Below are positions 8,757 through 21,701 of a stretch of DNA of 64,000 nt, piece after piece. Source of the DNA: Prasinococcaceae sp. CCMP 1430 (taxonomy: Eukaryota > Plantae > Prasinodermophyta); NCBI GenBank assembly GCA_013416795.1, contig RQSC01000029.1, positions 512,250-576,249 of the forward strand, written 5' to 3'. Below the pieces are notes generated by a model. It was not told where the DNA came from. It saw only the letters and a list, made by a program, of their open reading frames with translations, and made no database searches. The position numbers and the translations under genes were made by a program. The stretch's first letter is position 1; every line of letters begins with the position of its first letter.

Positions 8757-11219
8757 ATGGTGGTCATCGACCCGCCGCCGGCGGTGCCGCCCGACCCGCC
8801 CACGTGGGATGGGCGGTATGCGTACTCGACCATGTCGGAGAGGCTCGCCGCCGCTGCGGAGGCGGCTGCGGATCGCGCCGCAGGCCGCAGGCCAGAGGGG
8901 CCGGCGACGGCGGGGGTGGCGGGGGCGGCGCGGGCTGCAGCGCTGGCGCCAGCGGAGGCAATGGCCGCCGTGGCGCTCACGCCGGGCGTCGGTCCAGCAG
9001 GCGCGCCGCGCACGCCTCGCATGGCGGTCGCATTGCCACTCCCCGCCCGCGCACGCTCGCGGACAGCGCCCTCTTCACCCCCCCCATTTGCCGATGCGTC
9101 CGCCTCGACTGCAACCGCCGCCGCCGCCGCAGACATCGCGGAAGCCGCTGTCGCCCAAGCCGAGGCGGCTGTTGATGCTCTCGAGGCCGCGGCCGCCGCG
9201 GATGAGGAGGGCGACGGCTGCTGTGAAGCTCCGGAGGCTACTACGCCAGATTGTGAACGGACTGGCTCAGCGAGCATCCCAGGCGGTGGTGGCAGCGTGT
9301 CGTTGTTCCGAGTGCGGCAGCGGCGCCTCGAGCTTGAGGCCTCGCAGCACCGGCTCGTGGCGCGGCTGCGCCACCTGCTCACACGTGAGGCATCGCGCGT
9401 TGCGGCAGATCAGAAAGCCGGCATGGATGCAGCGGCCAAGGGCGCCGCTGTGCGCGCGGAGCGCGAGGGCCTTCGGACCGAGCGTGCGCGGCTCGACAAG
9501 GAGCTGCGCGAAGTAGGCAGGCAGCTCGTGGCGGAAGACAGGCTTGCAATGCAGGAGGTGAGCGCAAGGGCAAGCGCGCCGCATGTTGCACGTGCACACG
9601 CGCTCACTCGCTGACGTGCGTGTCCTGACCCGCGTGCCCGCGCGCCCGCGCTCACTCGCAGATTGCAAGACGCCGCAAGCGCCACGCGGAGGCAGCCGCC
9701 GCTGCTGGCGCTGCACTGCGTGCCGAGGGCTCTGCATTGCGTGCGGAACGCATGGCCAATGCGGAGCGTCACGCTGCACACGGCCGTGCACTCGCTGCCG
9801 AAGCCGCTGCCGTGCAGTCACGGCTCGCCGCCGCTGCCGAGGCGCAGCGCGCCGCCAGGGCGGCCAGGGGCGCCGCGCTGCGTGAGGAGGCTGCGAGGCT
9901 GCGAGCGGAGAGAGAGTCAGCGGCCGCCGCGCGCGCAGCAGAGGACGGGCGGCGGGCAATGGAGAGCCGTGAGACCGCTGGTCGTGCTCGTGAGGCTGCT
10001 CGTGAGGCCATGCACTGCGAGGCCGGCGCGCGTGCCAATGCATTGCGCGCCGAGAAGCTTCAGCGCAGCGCGGAGCGCGAGGCGCAGGTGCGTGCCAAAA
10101 ACGCATGTGCTTGCTTGCGCGCGCCCTCATCTGCACGTGTGCGCACATTCTGACCCCCTCGCGACGTCTTCACGTACGCACGCCACCGGTCACCCCTGCG
10201 CACTCGCCCGCCTTGCGCATTTACCACAGGGATGCGAGGCCCGCGAGGCGTGTGCCATCATCAGCGAGCGCCGCAAACGAGAGAGAGCCAGCGCCGCCGC
10301 GCGCCGCGCGCAAGAGAGCGAGGAAACCGCGCTGGCAGCAGAAGAGCTGCGGCTATACTCCGAGGAGTTGCGGCGTGAGCGCGAGCGCGAGGCTGCCGCG
10401 CGTGCAGATGAGGGCGCGCGTCGGCTTCACGAGGAGCGCAAGGGGCGCGAGGCGCGCGAGCTCGAGTGGAGGGCTGCCACAGAAAACGGCGAGCGCGTGT
10501 ACGCGCCTCCCCGGGCGCGCGCGGTGGCTGCTGCAGCGAAGGAGGAGCGGGAAAGGCTGAGCGCGCAGCGTGCGCGCAACGAGGGCGAGGCCCGCGCCCG
10601 CGCGGAGGAGCTGCGGCAGGCAGCGCGGAAGCTTCGCGCCCGCGTCTCGGCCAGCCGCGCGGCAGCAGCCGAACGCGCTGCTGCACGGGCGGCCGGCGTC
10701 AAGGCGGAGAGCGAAAAGCTCATGGCCGCACGTCGCGACGCCGAGGCTGCGCACGTAGCCGCTGGTGCGTCGCGTGCAGGCCCTGACGCCCGCGCGCGCG
10801 CGTCGGCGGCGCGTGAGGCCGCGGCTGAGCAGCAATCAGCAGCACTTGCCACGCTCGCGCGTGCAAACGCAGAGGCGGACGCCGCCACGCAAAGGCAGCG
10901 CGAGCTGCATGCCCGCGAGTACGTCGCCTCCGCGCGCGCTCTCCGCAAGGGGATGGCACTTGAGAGTGCTGCGCGCTGGGAGGCCGCCCGCGCCGCGCGC
11001 GAGCGACGGCGCCGAAGCGCGCGTGCCGAGGCCGAGGCAGCTGCTGCCGACGACATTGCTGTGAGCGAACATATCGAAAACCGCCTGGGCACGCTCGAGA
11101 AGCTCGTGGAGGAGGTCGAGACACGGCTCCTGCTCAGGGAAAATGGCGAGGGCGAGACCGTCGCGGCCGGCTCTGGCCAGCTGTCCAACTCAGTCACGAC
11201 CACGAGCAGCGCCGGGTGA
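8757..11219 (+). CDS. Long Ala/Arg/Glu-rich coiled-coil protein of unknown function
   Basis: Three exons joined by phase-consistent introns at 9558-9661 and 10088-10229. Continuous helical E/R/A-rich sequence. Confidence 0.7.
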
Positions 11220-11262
11220 GCGAGGAGGCAGCACAATCTCACTGTCATGTTAATACTGTACG

Positions 11263-12907
11263 TTATTGGATTGAGTCGTCCCGCAGGCCGCTCTCGCGCG
11301 CCCAGAGCGCCCAGTCGCGCTCCCACAGATCGTCGGGGTAGGGCGACTCGAAGGTGCTGCCGGAGCTTGGCGGATGGAACCAGTCTGGGCGGGTGCGGCG
11401 TCAAGGTCAGGCGAGGCACGGTTGTCAGCAGTGTGCGTGCGCGAAGCGCAGCCACTCTCTCGCGCGCACCCTGGGGCGCGCCATCGACTCACAGTTGAAT
11501 GCCATATGCGCCCCCGCGTCGCCGCTGAAGGACGTTACCTCGTGCCACCATCCAGCCGGTAGGTAAAGCATTTCGCCGGCGCGCACGGTAACCTCCACGC
11601 ACGGTGTCTTCACGTCGCGAGCGTCTAGGCTGCTGAAATGCGGGAGCTCGGCGTCCTCGCCGCCGCCCGCGCCATTTCTGCCTTCGTCGCCACTACTGCC
11701 GCCGTCGCCCCCGGCCCCCTCCTCGTAATCATCGGTGCCCTGGGTGGGCATGCATGTGTGTGCACACGCGTATCAGGGAGTGAGCTTCAAGGCAAACCTG
11801 ACCTGGGCGCGTGTGCAAGCATGCAGCGCGTTCGCAAGATGGCACCCGCCTGCAGGCACGCGCACGCGACTATCGCACCTCGAACGCCGCATCGTCGTAG
11901 TCGTCATCCTCTATGAGGAAGCCCGCATCGCCTACCTCGTCCTCGTCGAGGCCCTCGTCCTCCTCTTCTCCCTCGCCCTCGTTGTGAAGCACGGCACCGC
12001 CGCCGTCACCGATGGCGAACTCGAGCGCCGCATCCAGGCGCGACTCGGCAGCGGCCAATGCGGCCTGCGCAGACGCCTCAGCCTTGGCGCATGCGCCATC
12101 CGCCTGCGCGCGCTCAAGCGCGAGCTCTGCGAGTTCGAGCTCCGCCTCGGCAACACGCCGCGCGTCTCTGGCCGTTGCTCCGTCCTCGCGGCAGCGCTCG
12201 CCGCCCGCGTAGCGGATGCGGCCGTTGGGGAGGACCTCGGCGACCTTTCCCCTCGGTTTCATCTCGAGCGTGTCGGTGGGTGGCCAGATCCTGAAACGCT
12301 TTGTGCCACGCAGCAGCACGTAGAGGTTGTCGTGCCAGTCGTGGTGCAGCCCGGAGCTCGCGCCACCGGTCGAAGCATCGCGCCCCATCCACAGGTTGTA
12401 CGCTGCGGGCGCCAGGTGTCCCATCAGCGCGGGGCGCAGTGGCGCGTCGCCTGCTGCGAGCAATTCGGGCACCGGTGCTGAGGCGACCAGCAGCCTGCCG
12501 CGCGCGTCGAGGCTTGCAGCCTCTGTGGTGAGGTATTGCGTGTCGTCCCCGGACGCGAGATCGTCAAGGAATTGCGCCAAGGGTCGCGGGGGCAGCCTGT
12601 CGCCGCTACGCGCACCAAACACGGCCGCGGCGCCGTCGCCCTCGGCAGGCGGCGCGCGTTTCTCAGGCCGCACTGCGGCGCCACCTGCGACGGCGCGCAG
12701 GTATGCGTCCGTCCAGCGCTCGGTCGCGCGCCAGCCCGTGTCGGACGGGTGCGCGAGGATGTGCGCGGGCTTGCGTGTCGCGACGTGCGCATCGAAGAAT
12801 GCCCGTGCGTCGCCAGGACACTTTGCGAGCCTCGCCACGCCGCAGCTGCCGCTGGCGGCGGCGGCCTTCTGGCGCTTCGCCGGGGGCTCGCCGGCGCTCG
12901 CTGCCAT
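11263..12907 (-). CDS. JmjC (cupin_8) 2-oxoglutarate/Fe(II) oxygenase
   Basis: Motifs YNLWMG, SSGLHHDWHDNLYVLLRGTKRFRIWPP and VRAGEMLYLPAGWWHEV. Introns at 11740-11878 and 11385-11492. The last exon YWFHPP...Q ends at the stop at 11263. Confidence 0.92.
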
Positions 12908-13233
12908 CGTGCCACCAGCGCGCAACCGTGCGCGCGCGCCATGTGGCGCGGCGGCCGCGGCGGCGACTGCAGTGCGTGTCACGCGACGCAGGATTTGGTC
13001 TCATTGGGCGCCAATTTCACAGCCGCAGCCACAAAGCGTGTGGCGTGTGCACACCGCCCCACTCGCGCCCATATGACTCGATGCTTTCGCTCTTGCCACG
13101 CTCTTGCCGCCGCGTGCCGAACCTCGCGGTGCGCGGCGCCTATCTACCAACTTGCCTCACACCGCGCACACGCATACTTGAGCAGCTACCAAATGGAATG
13201 TTACATCGGCGCCAGCTCGCGTGCATGCCGCGC

Positions 13234-16200
13234 TCACCGCTGCACGCTCCACTGCAGTAGAGTCTCCCCCGCCGCCGAGAAGAGGTGCGAGCCGTTGGGC
13301 ATGAATCGCAGTGCGCCCACTCCATCGGCGCCGTGGCCGCCATACACTTTGGGGCGCCCGCCAAGCGCAGGCGCGCGGTAGAGCGACACGCTACCGTGCG
13401 CATCCCCTGCCGCCGCGCATGTCCCACCGCGCATGTGGTCCACGCACAGCGTGCTGCCAGGCGCTGCCCCTGACGGGTACACGCCCGCGTTTTCCCACGC
13501 GCACACGCACGTGTGCGTCGCCCACGCGACGGCCGAGCATGCCTCGGCGTCGGAGGGTGCGCCGCGGGGCATCTCCCAGTGTCGCAGCTCGCCGCCGTCG
13601 AGCGCGCAGCTGCGCATCCTCATGCCGTCCGCCCCCCAGTCGATCTGGCTCACCGGGGCGGTGTGGCCCTTGCAACAGCCCACGCGTCGGTAGTCGCGGC
13701 TTGAGTCGTATACGTCCACCACGCACTCGGCACCGACCGCCAGGAAGCGGCCATCGGGCGAGAACGCCACCACGGGCGCCTCAGCGCGGTCCTCAATGAC
13801 CTTGGCGATCTCCACAATCCCCACGGAGAGCACCACCACGCGCCCCGAGGCCATGCCGCACGCGAGCGTCTCGCCAGTAGGGGAGAAACACAGCGAGCGC
13901 ACGCTGCCAGTGTGGGAGCGCTCCTCAGCGCCAGGTAGCGACTGCCACTCGGCCCTGGGCAGCAGCTCGATGGGCGCGCCGTAGGGCCTGCGCCGTGCGA
14001 CGTCCCAGAGCCGCAGCGTACCGTCGTCGCCGCCGGTCGCGACCAACGCTGCAGTTGGGTGGACCGCGCACGCGCGCACGCACGAGAATGGAGCACTCGG
14101 GCGCGCAGGCCCGCCCTGCGCGCTACCCCCGCCGTTTGCGAGGCCCTCTAGCGCGCTCCCGCCGCCACCCCCGCTTTTCGTGGCCGCAGGCACGCGCACG
14201 CGCACGCGGCCGTGGCCACTCACCAGCAGCTTGACCTTGCCCCCCTCCACTTCGAAGAGCTCGCCCATGCGCGTGCCCAGCAGCATTTTGTTCTCGGACT
14301 CGCCGTAGATGGCACGCACGCTTCCGAGATCGGGCAGGGTGTGAGGCACGACCACCGTGCCCAGGTGCTGCAGCGACTTGCGCGCCCACAGCTTCAGGCT
14401 GCCATCGCCGTCGCCGCCACCACTTGCGACAAGGTCGGTGCCGATGAGTGCCACAGACTGCACACCGCCGGCCGAGGGCGCCCCGCGCCGTGCAGCGGCG
14501 TGCGCGCCGGGCTTGACCAGCCTTGCCGTGTGTCCCACGAAGACATACAACGAGCCGTCGGCAGCACCCACCACGCTCGTGCCCTTGGCGACAAAGGCCA
14601 CACAGTTGAACGTCTGCAGCCGCCCATGTGGCCCCACTGCGCCGCGCCGCGGGGCAAGGATGGCGCCCTTGGGTAGCAAGTCGGGCACGGTGGTCACGAA
14701 GCTGAGCACCTTGGCACCCACCGCCGCCAAAATGTTGTCAAAGGGCGACCAGGCGAGCGCGTGCACATCGCCAGGGCCCACGGCGTAGATGCTGACCAGG
14801 CTCTCGGCCTCCCAGTCCCACACCCCTACCGCCTGCGCCCCCACGCCGCCGCCACCGTTGCCGCCCACTGCGGCCAGGTACCGCCCGCTCGCACTGAACG
14901 CGCACGCGCGCACGCCACGCGCGTCGCGTGCGTCTGCCTGAAACAGGCCGCCCAGCTCTGCCACCACGCGCGCGCTCTCGCACGACCAAACGAGCAGCCT
15001 GGGCGTCGCCGCCCCCGCCTCGCCCGTGGCGAAGAGCGTGCCCTCCGGGTGTCGCGCGAGGCAGCCAATGCGCTGCGCGTGTCCGCTGGGGACGCCCTCT
15101 TCTGAGGCCATGGGGTCGTCCACCAGATGCACCTGTGCATGCGCCTCTGTGTCCAGAACCACCCCCACCGCGCCCGCCGGGTACACGGCGCGCCCGAAGC
15201 GGTCGTACGCGACGTTGGCGCGTGCGTCGAACCCTGAGTAACCATACGCCCACTCCAGGCGCAGGCTCTCTCTGGCGCGCGCGTGGGTGTCCGAGAGCGC
15301 GCGGAAGTCCGGAGGCGGTACCAGCGCGCCCGTCGCGAACGCCTCCGACGCCTGTGTGAGCGGGCAGCGATAGCCGCGTCGGAGGTGGAGCTCTGCAGGG
15401 GACCGCGCGCCGGCTGCCAATGCGCGCGCGAGCCGCGAGCCACCGCCTGCGAGCACCTGCTGCGCGTGCGCATACTGCGGCGTGCCATCGCGCACACCCA
15501 CGCGCGCGTGCGTTGAGGCGTGCTTGGCCGCGTGTGCGGCCACACGTGCGCGCTGATCGATCGCCGCCTCCTCGTCGATCTCTTCGGCGGCGTCCTCGTC
15601 GGGTTGCAGGTGCCGCCACTGCATGACGCATCGGTCAGTACCACCGACTGACAGCAGCCACCTGTCGTCCGCCCCGAAAGTCAGACACGTGACGTGAGCG
15701 GCGTGGCCCGAGTACGCACGCCCCTGCGCGCGCGCAACGTCGCTGGGATACCGGTAGAGGCACACGCGCGACGCGTCGTCGGCGGTGGCCAGCACCACCT
15801 CATCCTCCCACCACGCGCCACCGTGCGTGGCGGCGCACGCATTGATATCGGACACGCTCGAAGAGTCCTTCGGCCACACACCCTGCGTGCCCCATGCGAG
15901 CGGGCACGTGTGCGAGTCCCATTCGAGGTCACACGCGGCCTCTGGCGATAGCTTGGCCTCTCCAGCAGGCATCGCCCAGTAGCACAGCTCACCGTCGGCG
16001 TCATTAGTGCGAAGCACACAGCCGTCGTTCGACCAGTCCAGGTGAGTCACGCCAGCCGCAGCCCGCACTCTCCCCACGGGGCGATACCCCGCGCACGCAT
16101 CGGAGCCCCCCGGGCCCTCATCGACGCCTGCAAGGGACCACCTCTTGCCAGCGTCGCCAGTGTCACCGCGCGAGCGACTGGCGTCATAGATGACGACAGT

Positions 16201-18185
16201 GCTGTCGGCGGCGCCGACGGCGAGGTACCTCCCGTCGGGCGAGTAGGCAGCGCATGCACACGCGCGTGTCGCGTATGCCAGCCGTGTCACGCAAGAGAGT
16301 GTTGCAAGGTCGTACACGAGCACTGCACCGCAGGCGGTGCCCACCGCGAGGTGCTGCTCGCCGTTGCCACTGGGCCGGAAGGCCACGCAGCGACCGCGGT
16401 GCGGGAGGCGCAGCAGAGCGAGGGGCCGGCGTGCGTTCGCGTCCCACAGCCGCAGTGTCTTGTCATCCGAAGCGGTCGCAAAGACGTGCGGCAGTGTCGG
16501 GTGCGCCGCAAGGCCCCACACCTCCCCACACCGGCGCGTGGGAAGCGGCATGCCTTGCGCGTCCTTGCCTCCCTTGATGGTGGCGCTGGCGTGACCTTGC
16601 GTAAGCATGCGCCTGCCGGCATCGCGCTTGAATGCCTCCTGACTCGAGACGTCGAACTCGAACACCTCAGCCGCCTGTGTGCCAACAAGCAGCTGGCCGA
16701 GCAACGGCTCGTAGCAAAGGGCGCGCACAACTGGTGCGCGTCCCGCTGCGCACGCGAATGATAGCGGCTCGCCACCCACCGAGCCGACGATTGCGCTCGC
16801 CGCCTTGGCGACATCCACCTCGAAGCGCGGTTCCATGTACGCGTTGTAGAATCGCACCTTGCCGTCCTTTCCACCCGAGACTATCGCGTCGCCCGCACAC
16901 GCAAGCGCGTGAACGGGCCCGGCGTGGCACGCGTCGAAGCACTTGAGCACCGAAACGCCGGGTTCCTCCTCCCACTTGTAGATCTTGCCGTCGAGACTTC
17001 CGGTGAGGCAGCAGCCCTCGGGCGAGAAAGCCACGCTCAGCAGGGAGCTCACGGCGCCCTTCTTCCCGTACACGCCGCGGCGACCGATGAGCGTGGCACC
17101 GCCGGCACTGGTGTCACCGCTGACGTACGACCAGAACTTGATGTGGCGCTTGCCCACGGTGGCGAGCCTCTGCCCCGAGGGCGAGAACGCGCATGCGAGT
17201 ATATCCGTCGTATCACCCCGTGTTGCCGCTAGCACCGTGCCGCGCGCCCAGTCCCACAGCGCTACCGTGTGTCCGGCATCGGAACCGACGCTCGCGAGAT
17301 ACGCGCCGCTCGGCGCAAACGCTAACGCGCGGATGCCATCCGTGTGCACGCCGCCACGCAGCGTCACGAGCACGCCGCCCTCGTCGGGAGTCGGCACGCC
17401 CTCCACAGGGGTCGACTTTGGATCCTGGATGTGTGACTCCCCTGGCCTGGGCACCGCGCTCGCGCGCCACACGATGATGGATGGCGCGCTACCCGCCTCA
17501 CCGGTGGCAACTATGTCGCCATCCGGATGCATGGCGAGGCACGTGATGTCGTTTGTGTGACGCCCGGCCATTAGACGCTGCTCGTTGCTGGCAAGATCGA
17601 GCACGACCCCAACGGCAGCAGCAGGGTACACGGCGGCACCGCGGGAGCTGTAGTGTAGGTTCGCCCCCGCACCGTGACCGCGGTAGCCGTGCACGTGCAT
17701 GAGGCGCAGCTCGTCGCGCGGCGGCTCGGCGGCATCCGCGCGCGTGGACCACGCTGCGGGAGCAAGCGCGCCTTCCCGCGCGGCCGTCCGCGAACACATG
17801 AAACCGGCGTCTGGCGCGCTGCTGTCGACATCCGAAAACGCTTCGGTGCTCGCCCGCGGGGTGCGGAGCTCCTTGAGAGTGGCCTCGCCGCCTTCGGGTA
17901 GCAGGGGAGCGCACGAGCACGCGCCCGCGCATTCGTATTTGAGAGTGTGTCAGCGCGCTGGCGGCGGCGCGGGCAGGCGCAGGCGCGGGCGCAGGAATGC
18001 GTGCGCGTCGGCGCTGGTGCCGCCGCGGCGCGCCTCGTGCCTGCCTCGGCCTCCACGTCTGAGTCCACGCCCTCATTGGCCTGGCGCTCTGCAGGCCCTG
18101 CCGCAAGCGCGGCCTCGAGGCCGAGGTGCGCGCCTGCCCCGCTGGCAGCGCCGGGATCGACCTCTGTGCTCGCGCCGGCGCCCAT
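13234..18185 (-). CDS. Echinoderm microtubule-associated protein-like (EML5/6-type) multi-WD40 protein with an N-terminal MGAGAS myristoylation motif
   Basis: HELP motifs (LRLMHVHGYRG, LRLEWAYGYSG...RANVAY) and repeated TAPE-type WD40 blocks (WEMP, THTCVCAWENAGVYP). Exon 1 (18041-18185) joins exon 2 through a GC-AG intron at 17892-18040. Confidence 0.9.
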
Positions 18186-19005
18186 GTCTCGAGAGCTCGC
18201 TCCACCCCAACGCGCCTTGCTTCGGCCTTCCGGCGCCGCGCTGAGCCACTCCACCCTACCCCGCCGCCCGGCACGCCCGCCCGTCCGGAGGCGCGCGCGC
18301 GCGCGCGCGCCGCGCAGCAGTGGCGCCCCGCGCCGCATGCTCGAGAAGCTGCGCAACGAGCGCGCCGCTTACATGCAGTGGTCCAGCCAGAACGCCGAGC
18401 TCGTGCGCTCGCACTCGGCCGAGTTTGACTGCGCGCGCGCGCGCAGGCGCGTTTGAAGGCGCGCGCCTGCCGCCCTGGGGAACCGCGGAGCGCTTCAGTT
18501 CGGGTTTGCGGTCGATGCCCTCAAACTCGAATCGAAATAAAAAAGCGCCGATTGAAACGATTGTTAAATGATGAACAAAACGGCGGATTTTAGAAGCTCT
18601 CCTGGGCGGGCCGAGGCCGCGCCACCATCAAGATGCATTCTCGGCGCGCGGGCGCCGCCCCGATGGCGGGAGTTTGGGGTCGGTGCGCGCGCGGGGAGTG
18701 CGAAATGACCTCGTCCTCGAATGGGCGTGGAGGGCGGTGGAGAATGCGATTTGACTCGAGTTCGGGACCCTGCTTGTCGCCCCCCGCGGCGGGAAAATCT
18801 GCACCGCGCAGTGGCCCGCGCGCGCGCGCGCGCCGGCCAGCGGAGGGCGGGAGAGCCCCGGGGGTGGGCGGCGGCGGCTCGCGCGCGGCGCCGCGCGCAT
18901 GCGCTGATCAGTGCGGCGCGCGCGGGTGCGGCGGGCCGCGATTAGCAGAGAGGGGGCCAGGGCAGCGGCTGGGGGGGAGGGGAAGGAGGTGCAAGGTGGG
19001 AGGTA

Positions 19006-20641
19006 TGGGGCGAACGGGCTATGGCATGGGCTATGGCGCGGGAGAGGGGGGTGTCGGCTCTGCAGATGCCGGCGCCGGTGGTAGCGCCGGCGCGGGGAGC
19101 AGCAGTGCGGCCGGCGCTGCAGCGCAAACACAGCGGCCGCCGCCGCCTGTGCCTACGGCCTGGCAGGAGGTACTGGCACCGGCTCCACCTGCTGGGATGG
19201 TGCGACGGCTCTCGGCTGCGTTTGACGCCGGCGCCGTAGGCCAGCGTGAATATGAGCGCCAAGCACGCGTGCGTGTGCCAGTGGATGCGGGCGCGCCAGC
19301 CGGTGTCGGCATGGGCGTGGGTGTGGGTGCGGGTGTATCGCCCAGCATGGCCGCCCGCGCGCCCGCCGCGCGGGCATCGCCTCTGCGCCAAGTGGCCGCT
19401 TTGCGCCGCCTCGCACAATCCACTGCACTTCGCAGTGGCCGTGGCGGCCGAGGCCGCGGTAGCGATGGCGCGCGCGGGCGAGGCGGTGACACAATCTCGC
19501 AGGGGGTGACAATGCAGCTGCCGCCGCCGCACCCAACTTCAGCCGCGGGTGGCACGTCCGAGCGAATGGCAGGCGCGGGTGCCGCCCGCGTGGCTGTCAG
19601 CAATGCTGGCGCAGACGCCATTCCTGTAGGTGCAGCTGCGACGGCCGACGCGGGCACGGGCCCGCCGGTCCGCTCCTCCGATGCAGCAACCGATCCCGAC
19701 GCCACGCACGCACGCACGATCGCAGGCGCGCAGACGTCGGCGCCAGCGCAGGCAGAGGCTGGCGCGCAGACGGCCATGCGTATGCAGTTGCACTCGGAGA
19801 CGCAGACAGCGGCGGCGCCCTCGCGTGCAGAGGCGGGCGCGCAGACGGCTGTACATGCGCAAGCAGAGGCGGGGGCGCAGACGGCGTCGGCCGCACAGGC
19901 AGAGGCAGGGGCGCAGACGGCGTCGGCCGCACAGGCGGAGGCGGGGGCGCAGACGGCGTCGGCCACACAGGCGGAGGCGGGGGCGCAGACAGCGTCGGCC
20001 GCGCAGGCGGAGGCAGGGGCGCAGACGGCGTCGGCCGTACAGGCGGAGGCGGGGGCGCAGACGGCGTCGGCCGCGCAGGCGGAGGCAGGCGCACAGACAG
20101 CGTCGGCAGCGCAGGCGGAGGCAGGCGCACAGACAGCGTCGGCAGCGCAGGCGGAGGCAGGCGCACAGACAGCGTCGGCCGCACAGGCGGAGGCGGGGGC
20201 GCAGACGGCGTCGGCCGCGCAAGCGGAGGCAGGCGCACAGACGGCGTCGGCAGCGCAGGCGGAGGCAGGCGCACAGACGGCGGCGCCTGCCTGCGCTGAG
20301 GCAGGCGCGCAGACGGCATCGACTGCGCGAGCGCTGTCCCACGCGGACACGCAGACGGCGGCGCCGTCGCGCGCGGAGACGGGCGCACAGACGACCGCGG
20401 CGGTGCTGTCGGATGCCCAGATCCAGTCGGAGGCCTATTCCTCCGACGATGACTGGGCCTCAGCGCCGTCGGAGGTTCAGTCCCCAGGATCGCCTGACAC
20501 CGGCCCATTCGTGGCCGCCGTCGCGGACGCGTCGACGATCACGCCAACCTTCGACGCGGCGTCGCTGTGGGTGCCCGTTGCGTGGGAGGGCGCGGACGCG
20601 CCCGGCGGCAGGAACGATCAAAGGGCGCCACCGGTGGGCAG
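19006..20641 (+). CDS. Low-complexity protein carrying tandem AQAEAGAQTASA repeats; start uncertain, 3' part lost in the N gap
   Basis: Open frame with coding-like synonymous variation among the repeat units. A CAG|GTGCGT donor lies at ~20642. Confidence 0.6.
19857..20288 (+). repeat. Coding tandem repeat, 12 x 36 bp
   Basis: Unit gcr car gcr gag gcr ggs gcr cag acr gcg tcg gcm. Degenerate copies flank it from ~19728 to ~20395. Confidence 0.95.
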
Positions 20642-20803
20642 GTGCGTGCGCAGCCCCCCCCCCCCCCCACACACACACCACCCCCCCACGCAGCCCCACG
20701 CAGCTGTGCGCGCTCGAACGCGCCGCGCATCGAAACGGCGACGTGCACCGCCCGCGCGCTCGCGTGGTATCGCGGCGCTCGCCCCCGCGCCGCCCCGCGC
20801 CCC

Positions 20804-21622
20804 NNNNNNNNNNNNNNNNNNNNNNNNNNNNNNNNNNNNNNNNNNNNNNNNNNNNNNNNNNNNNNNNNNNNNNNNNNNNNNNNNNNNNNNNNNNNNNNNN
20901 NNNNNNNNNNNNNNNNNNNNNNNNNNNNNNNNNNNNNNNNNNNNNNNNNNNNNNNNNNNNNNNNNNNNNNNNNNNNNNNNNNNNNNNNNNNNNNNNNNNN
21001 NNNNNNNNNNNNNNNNNNNNNNNNNNNNNNNNNNNNNNNNNNNNNNNNNNNNNNNNNNNNNNNNNNNNNNNNNNNNNNNNNNNNNNNNNNNNNNNNNNNN
21101 NNNNNNNNNNNNNNNNNNNNNNNNNNNNNNNNNNNNNNNNNNNNNNNNNNNNNNNNNNNNNNNNNNNNNNNNNNNNNNNNNNNNNNNNNNNNNNNNNNNN
21201 NNNNNNNNNNNNNNNNNNNNNNNNNNNNNNNNNNNNNNNNNNNNNNNNNNNNNNNNNNNNNNNNNNNNNNNNNNNNNNNNNNNNNNNNNNNNNNNNNNNN
21301 NNNNNNNNNNNNNNNNNNNNNNNNNNNNNNNNNNNNNNNNNNNNNNNNNNNNNNNNNNNNNNNNNNNNNNNNNNNNNNNNNNNNNNNNNNNNNNNNNNNN
21401 NNNNNNNNNNNNNNNNNNNNNNNNNNNNNNNNNNNNNNNNNNNNNNNNNNNNNNNNNNNNNNNNNNNNNNNNNNNNNNNNNNNNNNNNNNNNNNNNNNNN
21501 NNNNNNNNNNNNNNNNNNNNNNNNNNNNNNNNNNNNNNNNNNNNNNNNNNNNNNNNNNNNNNNNNNNNNNNNNNNNNNNNNNNNNNNNNNNNNNNNNNNN
21601 NNNNNNNNNNNNNNNNNNNNNN
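20804..21622. other. Assembly gap (N run)
   Basis: 819 consecutive N. Confidence 1.
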
Positions 21623-21701
21623 GTTCTGCCGCGCGCGCGCGGAGCTCGGGGGCGGCGGCTCCCTCGTCCGGCGCTGGCGGGCTGGCGCCGGTCGCGCAAC
21701 C

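Noticed and set aside
9558-10229. Introner-like repeated introns
   Set aside because: The introns compared by eye share only the donor, branch and acceptor motifs, with no extended similarity.
19857-20288. 36-bp repeats as a CRISPR array
   Set aside because: The units are head-to-tail with no unique spacers, vary mainly at synonymous codon positions, and there are no cas genes.
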